A stretch of DNA of 62,979 nt, counting the filler, from Sluysia triapertura (taxonomy: Eukaryota), in assembly GCA_046118255.1 (NCBI GenBank). It is 5 parts of 5 records of this genome, joined end to end, with 100 filler letters (N's around TTAATTAATTAA, not from the genome) between each part and the next. Parts side by side here need not be neighbours in the genome. Positions count along the whole stretch, not along the records: positions 11,912 to 22,798 come from JBJNIA010192007.1; positions 22,899 to 34,623 come from JBJNIA010176140.1; 3 more parts are not named here. One strand, 5' to 3'. Both the position numbers and the translations under genes were made by a program. The notes under the pieces are model-generated. The model worked only from the letters and a program-made list of their open reading frames with translations, had not been told where the DNA came from and searched no databases. Numbering within the stretch: position 1 is the first letter of the stretch; the number at the start of each line of letters is the position of its first letter. Positions 14,186 to 26,200 of the stretch are shown in pieces.

Positions 14186-14810
14186 TTGGCCATCTTAATA
14201 TCACTTGGCTTAATTGGTTTTGTTTTTACATATCCCGGTTGGCTTAAATTAATATATGTATATGAATTACCAGTTGGTGAATACATGAAGAAACATTGTT
14301 CCACCATTAAGGAACATTCATGCTATTATGTTATTCAATGTTCACTTAATTATTTAAGATTATATTCTCGGTCTTCTGTTTGCAATTATTTAAATGGAAC
14401 AGAAACTATTTTTATACATGATAAGAAACATCACTCCAATTTACTCCACTTTAAATTTACTCCAATTTAAAATTAAGGATTTAAAAAAACATACCTTAGG
14501 AATTCGATTTTTATTCATTATTAAATTAATATTTAGTGTTTTGTCTTTATTTCCATTATTATTTTCTAATTTTTCAAACACCGTTTACAATTTTTCAATC
14601 AAGAAATGCAAAATTATTGTCCGGATGTTTGTTCGTCACTGCAGATTTCAATAGTTCTGCACAAGTAGAAATGGAACCGAGAAATAGTAAATGCGGTTTA
14701 CATTACAATTATTTCTTTTTTAAACCACCCAAGAAAAATTAAGTCGTTTATGGCTCTAATTGTATAATACAGTTTCATGATGTAATATTCAAATGCTATC
14801 TTGTGAAGAA
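14186..14810 (+). pseudogene. Fragmented Cys-containing coding-like segment with a hydrophobic stretch; product unknown
   Basis: LAILISLGLIGFVFTYPGW...HCSTIKEHSCYYVIQCSL and NYCPDVCSS in interrupted frames. No family recognised. Confidence 0.25.
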
Positions 14811-15057
14811 GATATTTTTTACAATTCAGCTAGTTTTATTATTAAGTACGTTTATATATGTTCTTCACTTGTTATGTTTTATTTCTAATTAAATATCAAA
14901 CTTTGTTGCTGTTTTCAATGTGTTAAGAGTTAAGCCTATTTTGTTAAGAGTTATTAAATTAAAGTTAAATTGTTTTTATTTAATTAATGTTTTAAACTTT
15001 TTTAATAAAAAATTAAAAAAATATAAGAATAATGATCAGTTAAATTAATTAAATTAT

Positions 15058-15663
15058 TTATCGCCCTCCACAGTAAATAAAAAGATCGTATACTTTTTGA
15101 TTATTCTTCGTTGAATTGTTGTTGATCGAGTCATTTGTAGGCCTTCCTAGACTTCTGAGTAATTCCGCAATTCTGGATACATGATGATTATAATTTGTTT
15201 CCTTTTTTTCGTTAAATTCTAATTCGTAGACGGAATGTGTGCACCAGCAGTCGATTCCATTCATTGGACATACGCCATTGTTGTCGGTGGCGAATAGACA
15301 AAGAGCAGTCTCATTGGAATGACTTGGCTTGAATTTGCTAAATTTACGTGTACCTTTTCTCGGGGAGTTAATAACATTATCGCTTAATTTCGATTTGTCA
15401 TCAAGCTTTTCATTAAGAGCAACATTTTTGTTATCATTAACTTCATAATCATCATTTTTATGATCGTTAAGTTCGTAATCATTATTTTTATAATCTTTAA
15501 CTTTGTAATCATCATCTTTATAATCGTTAACTTTGTAGTCACCATGTTTAGAATCGTTAGCTTCGTAATCATCGTCTTTGTTATTTTTACTAACATGGGT
15601 GTCCTTTATTGATTCACTTGCAGTATCAAATCCTCTACAACGCTTGGATTTAGCAGACATCAT
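15058..15663 (-). CDS. Orphan protein with five acidic 10-aa repeats and one CCCH-type zinc finger (C-x9-C-x6-C-x3-H)
   Basis: Intact 201-aa ATG ORF in very AT-rich DNA. ETALC-LFATDNNGV-C-PMNGID-C-WCT-H-SVYEL resembles the KTxLC...HxxxEL frame of CCCH fingers. A paralogous finger lies at 32320-32390. Confidence 0.7.
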   Translation of the reverse strand: MMSAKSKRCRGFDTASESIKDTHVSKNNKDDDYEANDSKHGDYKVNDYKDDDYKVKDYKNNDYELNDHKNDDYEVNDNKNVALNEKLDDKSKLSDNVINSPRKGTRKFSKFKPSHSNETALCLFATDNNGVCPMNGIDCWCTHSVYELEFNEKKETNYNHHVSRIAELLRSLGRPTNDSINNNSTKNNQKVYDLFIYCGGR

Positions 15664-15799
15664 TAATAAGTTTCAGTATTGTTAGAATATTAATAAACTG
15701 CTTTACCATCAAATGTTTTATTTGCTTTAGAACAATAAATCTATATCCAGTCGTTAAAGTGTAACATTAAATAAACAAATAAAATGTTTTTTTTGTTAA

Positions 15800-16860
15800 T
15801 GAGTCTTGATTGGTTGTCCAACCAGAAATATATAAAATTAACGAAAAAATCATTCTGGTTAGACAACCAGTAATAATGTTCATTTTCAAATGATTGAGAG
15901 ATGAGCCACCTTCAATGTTGACTTGAATTTATACAGAGTGATCAATAACGTCAACATTGATGCTGGTAATGACCGATTTGTATAAAATTTGTTGATTTAA
16001 AAATGATAAAAGTAATAATAAAGATGATGATAATAATAACAATGTCAATATCATTATTATTATCAATGTTAAAAAACGCATAAATTCTTTGTCTTGTAAA
16101 AGCTAACACGATCTTTCCTTTATATCTTTTATATTTCTGAACATATTAAAGTTATAAAAGCAAATGAACCTTACAGAATTATGAGTTTGTGATTTTTACG
16201 GGTTAAAGATGTTATAAGGTACTACATAAACGTTTTAATCAGATTTTACTTGCTGTTTGTTAGTTTTACCTAAATTCTAGATACTTCAGCCTAATGTTCT
16301 AAATGAAATAATGTTGTTAGCTGAAAATTTTAACAGATCGTGAGTTATTAATATGTTTTAAGGATGTAGTTTAAGTGTATGAAAAGTAGATAAGTTATAG
16401 TCTAACTTTTGGTATATTCAAAAGGTGATTGTACAATGTTGAAAATGTGATTTATTTTCTTGATGTTTTTAAGTGATCTTGTCTTTTTGAGCTATTAGTG
16501 GTATGGATTTAAATTGACTTTAGGGGATGAATTGTTTTAGTGGATGTAGAGGAGATAAATATGAGAATGTTAAAGTGTTTAAGAGTATGGTTTTATGTAC
16601 AATGTGTTGATTTAGTTTAATATTGTTTTATGTTGATTTTAGAATATAAATGGTAGATTTTGACTTGTTTTGAAAAATGGAAGTTGATTTTGGTGGATCT
16701 GGAAAGAAATAAGATATAAAAATGGTTGTGACGAATTTAACAAAGTTGTTGTGTGGTGTTGGACGGATATGATTTTAGTTATATTGAATTAAATTGTGAG
16801 TTTAGAAAATGTGAGTTGTTGATTTTGGGAGTGAGTGTTATGTTGGCAAAAACTTATGTA
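15800..16860 (-). repeat. Cassette repeat copy 1 (CA-rich body, hairpin, palindromic boxes)
   Basis: Reverse complement aligns with 30170-30970 in several blocks, e.g. aaatcacattttcaacattgtacaatcaccttttgaatataccaaaag versus aaatcacacttttcaacatcacacaattacttttagaatataccaaaac. Confidence 0.8.
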
Positions 16861-17154
16861 AAAAGAATGTTTTGATGAAATGTATAAAATATTTAAAGCA
16901 TATTTTTAATAAAATTTATTAAAGTGAAGGTTATACATACATATTGTATCTCGATTTAATACCAACTTTATACATTGCCAAATATGAATACAAATTAACT
17001 AAGATGATGGCTATTATTTTTTGAATTTAGTAATTTTATAATATTAATATATTACATTTTGTTTTTTAGTAAAATAACTTAAGTATAGCAAGCTAATTGT
17101 TGGGTTAAAGGCCTAAAGTGCCATGATGGTAATATTGACTATAATAAAATAAAA

Positions 17155-17225
17155 TAGCTCAGTTGGTAGAGCATCGAACTGCACAGTGAAAGGTCCCGGG
17201 TTCGATCCCCGGTCAGTCCATTTTT
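17155..17225 (+). pseudogene. tRNA-derived relic or SINE head (Cys-like GCA loop), 5'-truncated
   Basis: A box TAGCTCAGTTGGTAGAGC (D stem GCTC/GAGC), B box GGTTCGATCC in T stem CCGGG/CCCGG, then a T5 run. The anticodon stem does not pair and the 5' acceptor strand is missing. Confidence 0.8.
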
Positions 17226-17351
17226 GTTAATTTCTTAAAAACTTTATTTATTTGTGTGTGTGTGTGTATTTAATTTATTCAATACATTTCTTAAAATTTC
17301 ATAATAATTCACAATTAGTAATTCGTATTCAGAAATCAAAATTCAAAATTA

Positions 17352-17744
17352 ATGAACGAAGAAATACGATCAGTTCTTATGAACACTATTTCAGTTACCC
17401 TGGCAAGATGGGTTCATGAAATCGCTCATTCCGAAATGGTATAAGTTTGTTATTTATTATTTTCTAGATCATATATCTTTACTTTCTTTTTATTAGCTAT
17501 TTTGTAATAACAATTTGTAATTAATTGAAATATTTTAAATAATAGTTCCAATGTTTTCATTATTTAGGGTGATAGTACTGGAAAAGCCATAGTTTCTCAA
17601 ATGGAGAATATATTTTATGAAGTAGCCAAATGTTCAAAGTCAAAAGAAGATCTTATGAAAAATTATAACAAATTTTGTTTATCTATTCAATTAGCAAGGT
17701 TAATACTTTTTAATGATTCATTTCTATTCAGATGCAGACAATAA
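17352..17744 (+). CDS. Small 3-exon orphan protein (76 aa), weakly KIX-like
   Basis: Exons 17352-17438, 17568-17698 and 17732-17744 join through phase-compatible GT-AG introns (129 and 33 nt) into a stop-free ATG-to-TAA frame. Confidence 0.55.
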
Positions 17745-18984
17745 TTAGTTAATTAAAAATTGAATACGATATATATTTATATGTTATGGTTATGTTATGT
17801 CGACATTACCATGGTTATGATGTCGATTCCATGACCGACCAAACAAATTTCCATCGTGATCACACAAACTTATTTACACAAGATAAAATAGATGTATTGT
17901 ATTACTGTAGGAGGAATCTCATTTTCAAATAACACTAACACAAACATCAAAAATCCTGTATATGTATTCAATCATATACATATATTGATATACAAATCTG
18001 AGAGTAAGTAAAACAATCATCATCATTATCAATCTTATTGTCTTCTTTGATGGGACACTTTGATTCTTGTCCAGTCAATACTTCATATCAACTCTGCTTT
18101 ATGCCGTTATTTCATTTTCTTGAGGTGATTACTTTTGGAAATAATTCTGGCTTTATCTGCATAATGTATTGTACAATTCTTTATATTTTTCGTGACTTAT
18201 GTTGGTGTCTTTGAGAGTGACTCATTTAGCCTTATTGATTTCACTAGTAATAGAGAGTAAAAAAATATCCATTCAATATATTTTACCCTATCATGGCTTT
18301 CGTCTTTAAGTTTACTTATTGTATCAGGAAATCTAGTACTATAAATTGGATGGTATTAAAGTATCTAAATTAACATTAATGGATTTTCATAAAACTATTA
18401 CTATCACTGGCCATAATTTCAATCTTAGAATTAAATTCCTGATGATAATTTTTTAATTTTATTGGGCATCATATAATGTTAATCAAAGTAGTCTTTTCTG
18501 CATGTTTGGTCTCTTTTAATTATATATATACATTGAATAATTGTTTGTATTACTTATTTAAATAATGATTATTAGTTGTAATAGTTATATGTTTATATGA
18601 TTATCAATTTAAAATAAGTTTTTAAATTGTTTGAAATATTTTAATTGGAATTTAATGACGTATTTAAACCGTCAGAAAAATTGATTTAGAATTTAAGTGT
18701 GATTTTACTCTTAAATCAATAAAACTAACACATTGTTTTTGTAATAAATAAATTGGTAGTTTTAACAAAATTATGAAAAATAAGTGTTGGCGCTATTGTA
18801 TTTCGATTATTCCAAAATAAAAATTAAGTTGTATTTCTTTTAAAATTTGTAAACAATTATAAATTTACTTCTTTTAAACTTGTTAAAACAAAAATGTGTT
18901 TTTCAAATAAATTCTAAAAAGAAATGTTTTTAAAACAAACGTTTTATAAGATGCAATGCACAGTGTAGCGCTTTTTTATTAGAC

Positions 18985-19126
18985 CAATGAGTACTTAAAT
19001 ACTCTTTTCGATCATCAAAACTGAGTAAAATTGAGTAGGTAAGTACTATTTATAAACTGATTGTCTAATGAATGAGTACACATGTCCTATTTATGCTCAT
19101 TTTTACTGAGTATAAAGTACTCATTG
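18985..19126. mobile_element. MITE-like foldback element
   Basis: caatgagtacttaaatactc ... gagtataaagtactcattg, plus inner inverted blocks agtaaaattgagta / tgctcatttttact. Confidence 0.65.
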
Positions 19127-20203
19127 TTTTTAGCCAACTATCTAAGCTACAAATCCTAATTAAAATCATTATGATTATTATTACAGTTATTATATTTATT
19201 AATATTGTTTTTATCATATTTTAAAAATTATTATCATTATAAAAGAATAATATTTTAATTATATTAATTATTATTATTATTGTGGGAATGTAAAGATAAA
19301 ATAGAATAAAGTAGGATTTTAAGGTGAGTCCACCAACTTACTAGGCTTACCAGATAGGGCTAGCTGTTGTATTTTTTCTATAATCGAAAGGATTTCACTA
19401 AAGGAAAATATCTTAATGTTTGCTTAAAAATTGCTTCTAAAGTTAAGATCTGTGGGTATAAAGTTTGTTTTTCAAATTGATAAGGATAATTCAAAGAAAT
19501 CAAGATCTGGAAGTATTTTAGTTACAATACTGAATTTCGACTTGAATTTCGAATAGATACTGCCGTTAAAGATCAATTTACGAAAAAGTGAACCAAATTA
19601 AAAAAATTAATTATTTGATATAATATTTTTAATTTGTGAAATAATAAATTGTGTCTGCAAAATTTGTTATTAAATTATTCTGCACTTATAGCGCTATTAA
19701 TATTTCAAATTTTCTTATGACTTTATGAGGTCAAATTATTAAATAATCATTAATAAGTACACAAGTACTTAAATGTTTCTGAAAAATATCTAGGTTGTTT
19801 AGCCTAATTATTATTACATATCATTAATTTTAATAATAATATTATTATTATGACAGAATTATTATTATTTAATTATATTAAATATTATTATTTGTTTAAC
19901 TATTTTCTTATTTAATAGTTATTTTCTTGTTTAATTATTTTCTTATTTATTATGATTTTTATTATTTTAGCATTATTAATTTAACTTTATTACTATTATT
20001 ATTATTATCATTATTATATTCTGATTTTATTTTTTTTTGTTTACTTCTTAATTTCAGAATATGTAATGTTTATTTTAAAGTTACTGAGATATTCTTTCAT
20101 TGTTTTATTTTAAATTGTTTTTAAAATTATACTATTGTTATTTTTTCTACAGCATTAAATTATTATTATACAAGTAATATACCAAATTTATTTTCGAATT
20201 GAA

Positions 20204-21178
20204 ATGCTCAATTTCATTCAAACAACGTTATTTAGTGCAATAAATGCTGATAAATGTATTCCTGTAATGAGTCCTAATTTGTGGTCAAAGAATTTACTGG
20301 CTGGATGTTACGTGAACAAACCGCTGATCATGTTAACAAATCTGTATTCGGAAGAAATAAGTGTAAACTCCCAAAAAATGGTATATAATCTTTGATTTTA
20401 ACTTTTGACTTTTTAACAATTATATGTAATGGTTATAATTAATATTCTATTCAAAATAAGTTTTAAAAATAGCAAACTGATATAAATTAAAATATTGGTA
20501 TAACGATAAGCAATAATTTCTACTAAATAAATAAAATAAACATTACAAAATATCAATTAATCATTAAATAAAATATATAAACTTACAAATTAATCTAATA
20601 ATGGAAAATTGTACTAGTTTATTACTAAAAGAAAAAATAATTTGAATTTAAATTAATATTATATTTTGTACTATATAGAAAATTAATTATTTAACAACTA
20701 TGATAACTAATATTTTAAATAAACAATTCATTTATAATAATTATTGATTTACAATTAATTTATTTACATTGAATTTTGAATTTTAAGTTTAATGTTATTA
20801 TAAGTTTTAAATGTAATGAGAAGCTGCATGATTTAAATTCATTTTGTAGTATTTTATTTACACCTTTAATTGATAAAGCATAATTAAAACAATATTTAGG
20901 TTCCTAGACAAATAAGTAGTCATGAATCAGATGAATCTACAACCGCATTGTCAACCAAAGACAAACATATGATATTAACAGTAGAAAGTGTTGAATATGT
21001 TGGAATACAAGATTATTTAGTTTTACAGTGGAATGTTATAAATCAATCGACTTCGAAATTGACACAGTTTGTTTTATTATTAAATTTATTACATATTTTC
21101 AACACTCTTCAAACTGAAAATCGCACAATCAAATATTGTTATACGTTATATGGGCAAATTATGAATAAATTAATTTGA
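20204..21178 (+). CDS. Putative spliced gene of unknown function (exons 20204-20380 and 20900 onward)
   Basis: Phase-0 donor ATG|GTATAT and acceptor TTTAG|GTT join two open frames. The second exon has a beta-strand pattern (MILTVESV...YLVLQWNV) that is only weakly FN3-like. The 3' end is uncertain. Confidence 0.4.
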
Positions 21179-22898
21179 AACCTGAGTTATATATTTGCAT
21201 CTTTTAAATAAGCAAACGAAACAAATTTACAAGGAATTCATATAATCTATAATCTATTTTTCTTACCCATTTAGAAATCCAGTCTAAAATTTAAAACTTT
21301 ATCAGTAGCTTAATTCAGATCGTCAGAAAATGGAAAATGCGTCATAAATAGGAATAAATGATAATCTGATAATGCAAAATCTGGACTATGAGAAGGATGT
21401 GATAAAACTTCATTATTATTATTATTATGAGATATTATATCGCAACAATAACTTTATTTCTGTTGAGAATTGCATAATTTAAAGACGTTTCATTAGCGAA
21501 ATGAAAGAAATTTAAAATATATAATGTAACAATAACATAACTGTGTAAACAATTGTGTTGATTTAATGTCAAAATTTATGTTTACTTTATAAGTACATTG
21601 TCAGTGTTTTATCGAAGCAAATGTTCGAACAAAGTCTTTAAAAAAGGGCGCCACTATAAAATTGATGTCTTACAACGTAAAGTAGTCGTATCTATAGCTA
21701 CGTTAACAATTAAAGAATTAATATGCTCAATTAATTAAGTATATTTTTATCAATGTCACTAAATAAAGACATTTTCTTTTTCCTTTTTAAAATTTATTAT
21801 TTTTAAACTGTTTATTATTAAAGATTATTGTTACATCAAATTATTGTTTTATTATTTTTATCTTCATAGGGTTGCTATAACAACAACAACAACCTACCAA
21901 TATTGTGATACAGTAAGGATCACACTTCTATTTTCACTAAATGCAAATATTTATGGCTCAGATTAAAATGGAATCTTAAAATTAATTTAACTCATTTACA
22001 TCATCATTCTAAATGTGACGACCATTAGAAATTAGAGATAATTGTGCATTTTTTTGTTTTGCATTATTCCACTTGATGATGTAAATGGTCTATTAAATTT
22101 ATAAAGAATAGACGTACATATTTTTAATTGCTTCGACGAATGTAATTTCGGAATGTGCATTGCATTTATTTTAATTGGACAGAATTTTTTGAATTATATA
22201 AATTATATAAACATTTGCTCTTAAAAATCGATCGACATTGTTGTGTTAACCAATATAAGGATGGGGATAAAATATTATTTACTATTGACTATTTGGTCCT
22301 ACTACTAAACAGTAATATGTTATAATACATCCAGACTGAAACTTGATTTTGTGACTATAAGTACTCATCTGATAAAGAAAATATTGTATGGGGGACTTAT
22401 ATATTCCACACATGGTAAAACCGTAATTAATTTAGCATTGAATTTAAGAATTCGAATTTATTTTGCAATCATAAATTTGTAAATATATTTAAAATATTCG
22501 ATATTAAATGATTTTAAAATGTAACTAAATTCGTTTTCGAAACATGTACTTAGTATTAAAATGTGGACTTTGTCACAAGTATTATAAATTATTCTATTAT
22601 ATAATAACTTTTCTATAGTTAATTTCATGTTTTAATAAAATATTGGAATATCATTACGGAACTCTGTATTTATTTGACAAATGACCTCTGAAATAATAAA
22701 CAAAATTTTAAATTGCTTTTATATTACAGGAAGTGCCCCATTTTTAAATCTGAAAAATTGCATTAACCAGCATTTTCAGCTTGATGCATTCTATTATTNN
22801 NNNNNNNNNNNNNNNNNNNNNNNNNNNNNNNNNNNNNNNNNNTTAATTAATTAANNNNNNNNNNNNNNNNNNNNNNNNNNNNNNNNNNNNNNNNNNNN

Positions 22899-22968
<70 letters not shown>
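22899..22968 (+). repeat. (TTA)n microsatellite; others at ~13025-13055, 23248-23300, 27060-27170, 29180-29232, 41871-41931 and 62897-62979
   Basis: Direct reading. Confidence 0.95.
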
Positions 22969-22970
<2 letters not shown>

Positions 22971-23246
22971 AAACACTAAAAGTAAACAATTCCTTTGTTT
23001 GTTGTATTCGATTTAAAAGCATTTTTGTATTAAATTACGAATACTAATTTGGTGATATTCGATGTTAATTGTGTTATTTAAAGCTTTAACATTATGTTAT
23101 TTATAAAAATGAATTACTGGACTTTGTAACTGCACAATTAAATGCTTTATTAATGAGCTAACAGTGGTTTTGCTTTATGTTAAAGTCACTCTGCTTAGGA
23201 TGCCTGATTGACTTGTGAAATTTTTGTCCATATTAATAAATTCTGA

Positions 23247-23288
<42 letters not shown>

Positions 23289-26200
23289 CATTATTCTTAT
23301 TCTTATTCTTATTACGAGGAACTTATTTCTCAATTGTCTTCATTACCAACTATTAATTAATTTATACGAAGATATCAAAATTAAAGTACCCTCATCAGCA
23401 TCATATAGTCATATATTTATATATGTATACATACGAATAATTTGGTATCAACAACATCTTGTTCATTTAAAAAAAATTTGGACTCAATTATGCCTTTCAG
23501 TGAAACAAAAATAATTTTTTTGTTGTCTTTTCTTTTTATAAAAATATATATACATCTATAAATATATTGATAATATTATTGTTTTAAAAATCAAATTTCA
23601 AGTTTAAAAATGAAATATTATATTTATTGGAAATTGATTATCAAATTCAGTCGATGAAATGAGCAAATTAAATTTGGTAATGCCAATTGTAAAATTGTTT
23701 ATTTTGAGTCACTAACTAATAAACAGACATTTTCAACGGATATGACTAATTATGTACGAAAAGTGATGAGTTTCAATGATGATGATGATAATAATGATGG
23801 TGGTAATGCTTATTTTTCTATTTTTATTTCTTCCCGGCAAACTTCTTCAACTGGACAAATCTTTTTTATTAAATTTATTTAATCAGCCATACCGAAATTG
23901 TCATTGTGGATTGAGCTGGTAAATCAGCCATGTAGTAGAATGTATGTGTAGTGGTATTACACTCTGTGGATATATTTAGATATTCCATATCAATTGAAAT
24001 ACAGTACGAGATGACGACGATGATGACGATGATTGCGATTGTGAAGTTAGCATGGACAACTGTTGAATTTTTAAGTGATTTTTAAAACAATTTATTTATT
24101 TCTGTTTTTTTGTTTCCTTGTTTGTTAATTTAATTGAATTATTTTCCAAGCTAAAAATAGTTTGTGCGACCACTAAATCAATTTTTTGTAATTTGTAAAA
24201 AAGAGAATGTTTTAAATTTGGTCTGAACAGAATATCGAAAGATACTAAAATATGACGATTCGTTTCTATATAATTTGACAAGAGAGCAGAACTTTCTAAA
24301 CGGAAGATGAACAAAGTAGTAATCATCTGAACTAATTCACAAAATGGTGGAATAGGGCTGTAGTCGTCCATTATGAAGTATTAAAAGATCGCTTAAGCTA
24401 GAAGATATTGGAAAGGTAAAATTCAAAAGTCTCTTGGAGCGTGTTAAAAGAATACAATTGGAAAATTATAACGTCCCAGTTGTAGCACCGATTTTGGAAA
24501 GTTGTGGAAACATATAAAGATTATTAACATATGACTTTAAATCACTAAGATTAATTTTAGTGGAGATTAAGGTGATTGAACTTTACTGATGAGGGTAATC
24601 AGTAGTTTGTTTATCTAATGTGGAGGCTTTGTAAATGATATACAACATTATGAAATTACGCTCAATGCAAAGTAACTGAAATGAGGGTAAACCGCTTGGA
24701 TTTTTCATGGATATCATTGTGAATTATGAAAATACTTTTGGTATGAATTAAAGTAAAGATTTATAAAATTTTGTTCTTACGTGGTGAGTGTGTATCATTT
24801 TGGAAATTTTGCACTTATATATCATTCATAATATTTAATCTCATTACCTATTAGATTAATATATCAGTTATCATTTAGAACTTTCAGTATGCAAGTGTTT
24901 TTTCCGTGTACCTACAGGTTACACTTCATATCTGTCCGAAGACTTATTTATTAATTTTTTAAATGTACGCGGTAATAAAGACACGTGATATTCAATAAAA
25001 AGATTTTTGACTTAACCTTACTGAAATTTATCTAAAATAGATATGCAAATCGTTTATGGAAATGTTCACCTAACTATTTCTAAACTCTTATACTAATCAA
25101 CAAAATTAAAAATAAAGTATATTATCAACGACTTTATAAGAACATACAAAATAAAAAATTAAATATAATTTAAATATTTCAAAATTTTAAACGTGATTTT
25201 AAAGTTAGCAGTAGACCAGCTAAAATTTAAGAATAGTTTACTTGCACTGAATAAGTAGAAACATGCGACTCGATTGTTTGATTAGAAAGAATCGTCTGAT
25301 GGGTTATTATTCAAATAATCGACCACTAATACGAAATTAGGATAATCGTCGTATTCTGTAATTAGTCCATCATTTTCAAATTTGTCTTCTCTTTGAATTC
25401 TTTTAATAATTTTTTGTTCGTGTGGTTCTATTAAAATGTTGAGCTCTTTATTATGATAATAATGTTCTGCAATATTTAATATTATAATAATATTTTGTTA
25501 TGATTTATTGTTCCTTTTAATACTCTAATTTCTTATTCTGCTTTAACATTTATTACCTAAAATAACGTTTATTTTAATTACTTCTTTAATAACTTTTTAT
25601 TTTAAGTACAGTCATTTCTCGATTTATTGCCATCTTTCGTCGTTCTTATTTTACGACATTGAAATAAAAATGGCAATAAATAAAGTTTTGAAGAAATTAA
25701 CAAAATAAATTACTTTAAATATTGGTCTGCTATACTTAATTTATTTTACTGAAAATAATACAAAATTTAATATATTAATATTATAAAATTAATATTAATA
25801 TTAAAAACCATTATTGTAGATAATAGCAATCATCATATAAAGTTGGTATTAAATCGAGATATACCTGTGTAAAGTTTTAAATTTTTATAAATTATTTTGA
25901 AAATTGTTTTCGAATTAACACAAATTATATAAATCAGTTTCGAATTTTAGTTAAGATATATTTCAATTTCAAAGCCGAATAATGAAAATCGGAAAGAGTT
26001 TATTTCTACTCCTATTAATTCTAGGTTAACAATTAGATCTACCCTGGAAAAAACAAAAGAATAACAAACAACTCCATCAGTTTTAATACAATAATAAAAT
26101 TTATAATAAAATATTCATTAAAAAGATGGTATGACATTTTGGTTGAAATATCGGAATTTTCCACAGAATAATGATGAATTGTTACATAACTCTGTATATT

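Noticed and set aside
24585-24605. CTGATGAG hammerhead core
   Set aside because: No correctly placed GAAA or three-helix junction.
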